54,307 bases of DNA, from positions 1 through 54,307 of the IMG/VR virus record IMGVR_UViG_3300045961_000035; one strand, 5' to 3'. A program made the position numbers and the translations under genes. Positions 53,862 through 54,307 of this stretch are shown here, one piece after another (positions within the stretch are counted from its first letter, which is position 1; the number at the start of each line of letters is the position of its first letter). The notes beneath the pieces are model-generated. The model was not told the DNA's origin. It saw only the letters and a program-made list of their open reading frames with translations, and searched no databases. This stretch comes from a virus (taxonomy: Duplodnaviria > Caudoviricetes).

Positions 53862-54119
53862 TTAAAGATTTTTAATTTCTTGTTTTACTTGATTCCAGTA
53901 TGTCCTTTGTCTATTTTCAATAGTATTACCTACGTCTTCAAGATATTCTGATGTTGGTAATATCTGTATAATCTCATCCACTGCAATCAATGCACATTGT
54001 TTAGCGTTAAACATTTGCATTTCATCAGAATAAATAAACCCATCTTCAGTTGTTCCCTCGTTTGACGCAAAAAAAATAAACATTTCTATTAGTTCTTTTG
54101 CTTTCTCTTTAGGTGTCAT
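53862..54119 (-). CDS. MTPKEKAKEL-type phage protein
   Basis: AKQCALIAVDEII..YWNQVKQEI motif. Confidence 0.75.
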   Translation of the reverse strand: MTPKEKAKELIEMFIFFASNEGTTEDGFIYSDEMQMFNAKQCALIAVDEIIQILPTSEYLEDVGNTIENRQRTYWNQVKQEIKNL

Positions 54120-54307
54120 TTCTCTTTGGTGTTAAAGGTTTCATTGTAGTAATCTCTTGGTGAATGAGTCATACCATCAATCAATCCTTGTTGATAGGCT
54201 CTTCCAATCTGCTCCTTCTCTTTGTTAAGCAATGATTCAGCTAGTGCAATAGTTGTTTCTAAACCAATTTTTACACCTCTCCAATAAGTATCATAACTTA
54301 CTTCAAT
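54116..54307 (-). CDS. hypothetical protein, 5' end outside the window
   Basis: Open frame ending ..KEKEQIGRAY..DYYNETFNTKEK-stop. Confidence 0.65.
   Translation of the reverse strand: MEVSYDTYWRGVKIGLETTIALAESLLNKEKEQIGRAYQQGLIDGMTHSPRDYYNETFNTKEK

Larger units (their letters stand above)
53616..54137 (-). repeat. three copies of a 22-nt gene-junction repeat YTTTRACACCAAMRAGAAATGA
   Basis: Copies at 53616-53637, 53846-53867 and 54116-54137, each ending on the next start codon. Confidence 0.75.

Overview
This is a partial genome of a lytic-looking podovirus-type phage of Bacteroidota. The host call rests on many TAnnTTTG sigma-70 promoters. The gene set and order resemble Cellulophaga phi38:1-like or crAss-related GroEL-encoding phages. 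Layout: (i) a leftward early operon (1-6150) of small genes including ArdC and a GH73 hydrolase; (ii) a ~1.6 kb control region with IHF-like, Fur-like and operator-like sites and an iteron array (6180-7770); (iii) a rightward late arm with GroEL/GroES, small basic proteins, lysis genes, tail fibres, terminase, portal, scaffold, major capsid, tail ring/nozzle and ejection proteins up to 2343 aa; (iv) a convergent leftward arm with a tRNA(CAT), MazG-like protein, phosphoesterase, DnaA-C-like protein, VRR-NUC nuclease and SF2 helicase. No DNA polymerase, primase or integrase was seen in the window. The most notable signal is an RNA-processing architecture in the early operon. A twister ribozyme (5572-5638) and a hammerhead ribozyme (4858-4908) bracket a single 212-aa ORF. 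A D-armless tRNA-like element (1785-1840) precedes another gene. All three are followed by the same AAAWCCCC initiation motif, and a ~500-nt repeat-containing non-coding leader with boxA-like sites lies upstream. The giant virion gene also hides a nested +1-frame gene and a candidate -1 frameshift product. All calls come from reading the sequence by eye; no searches were run.
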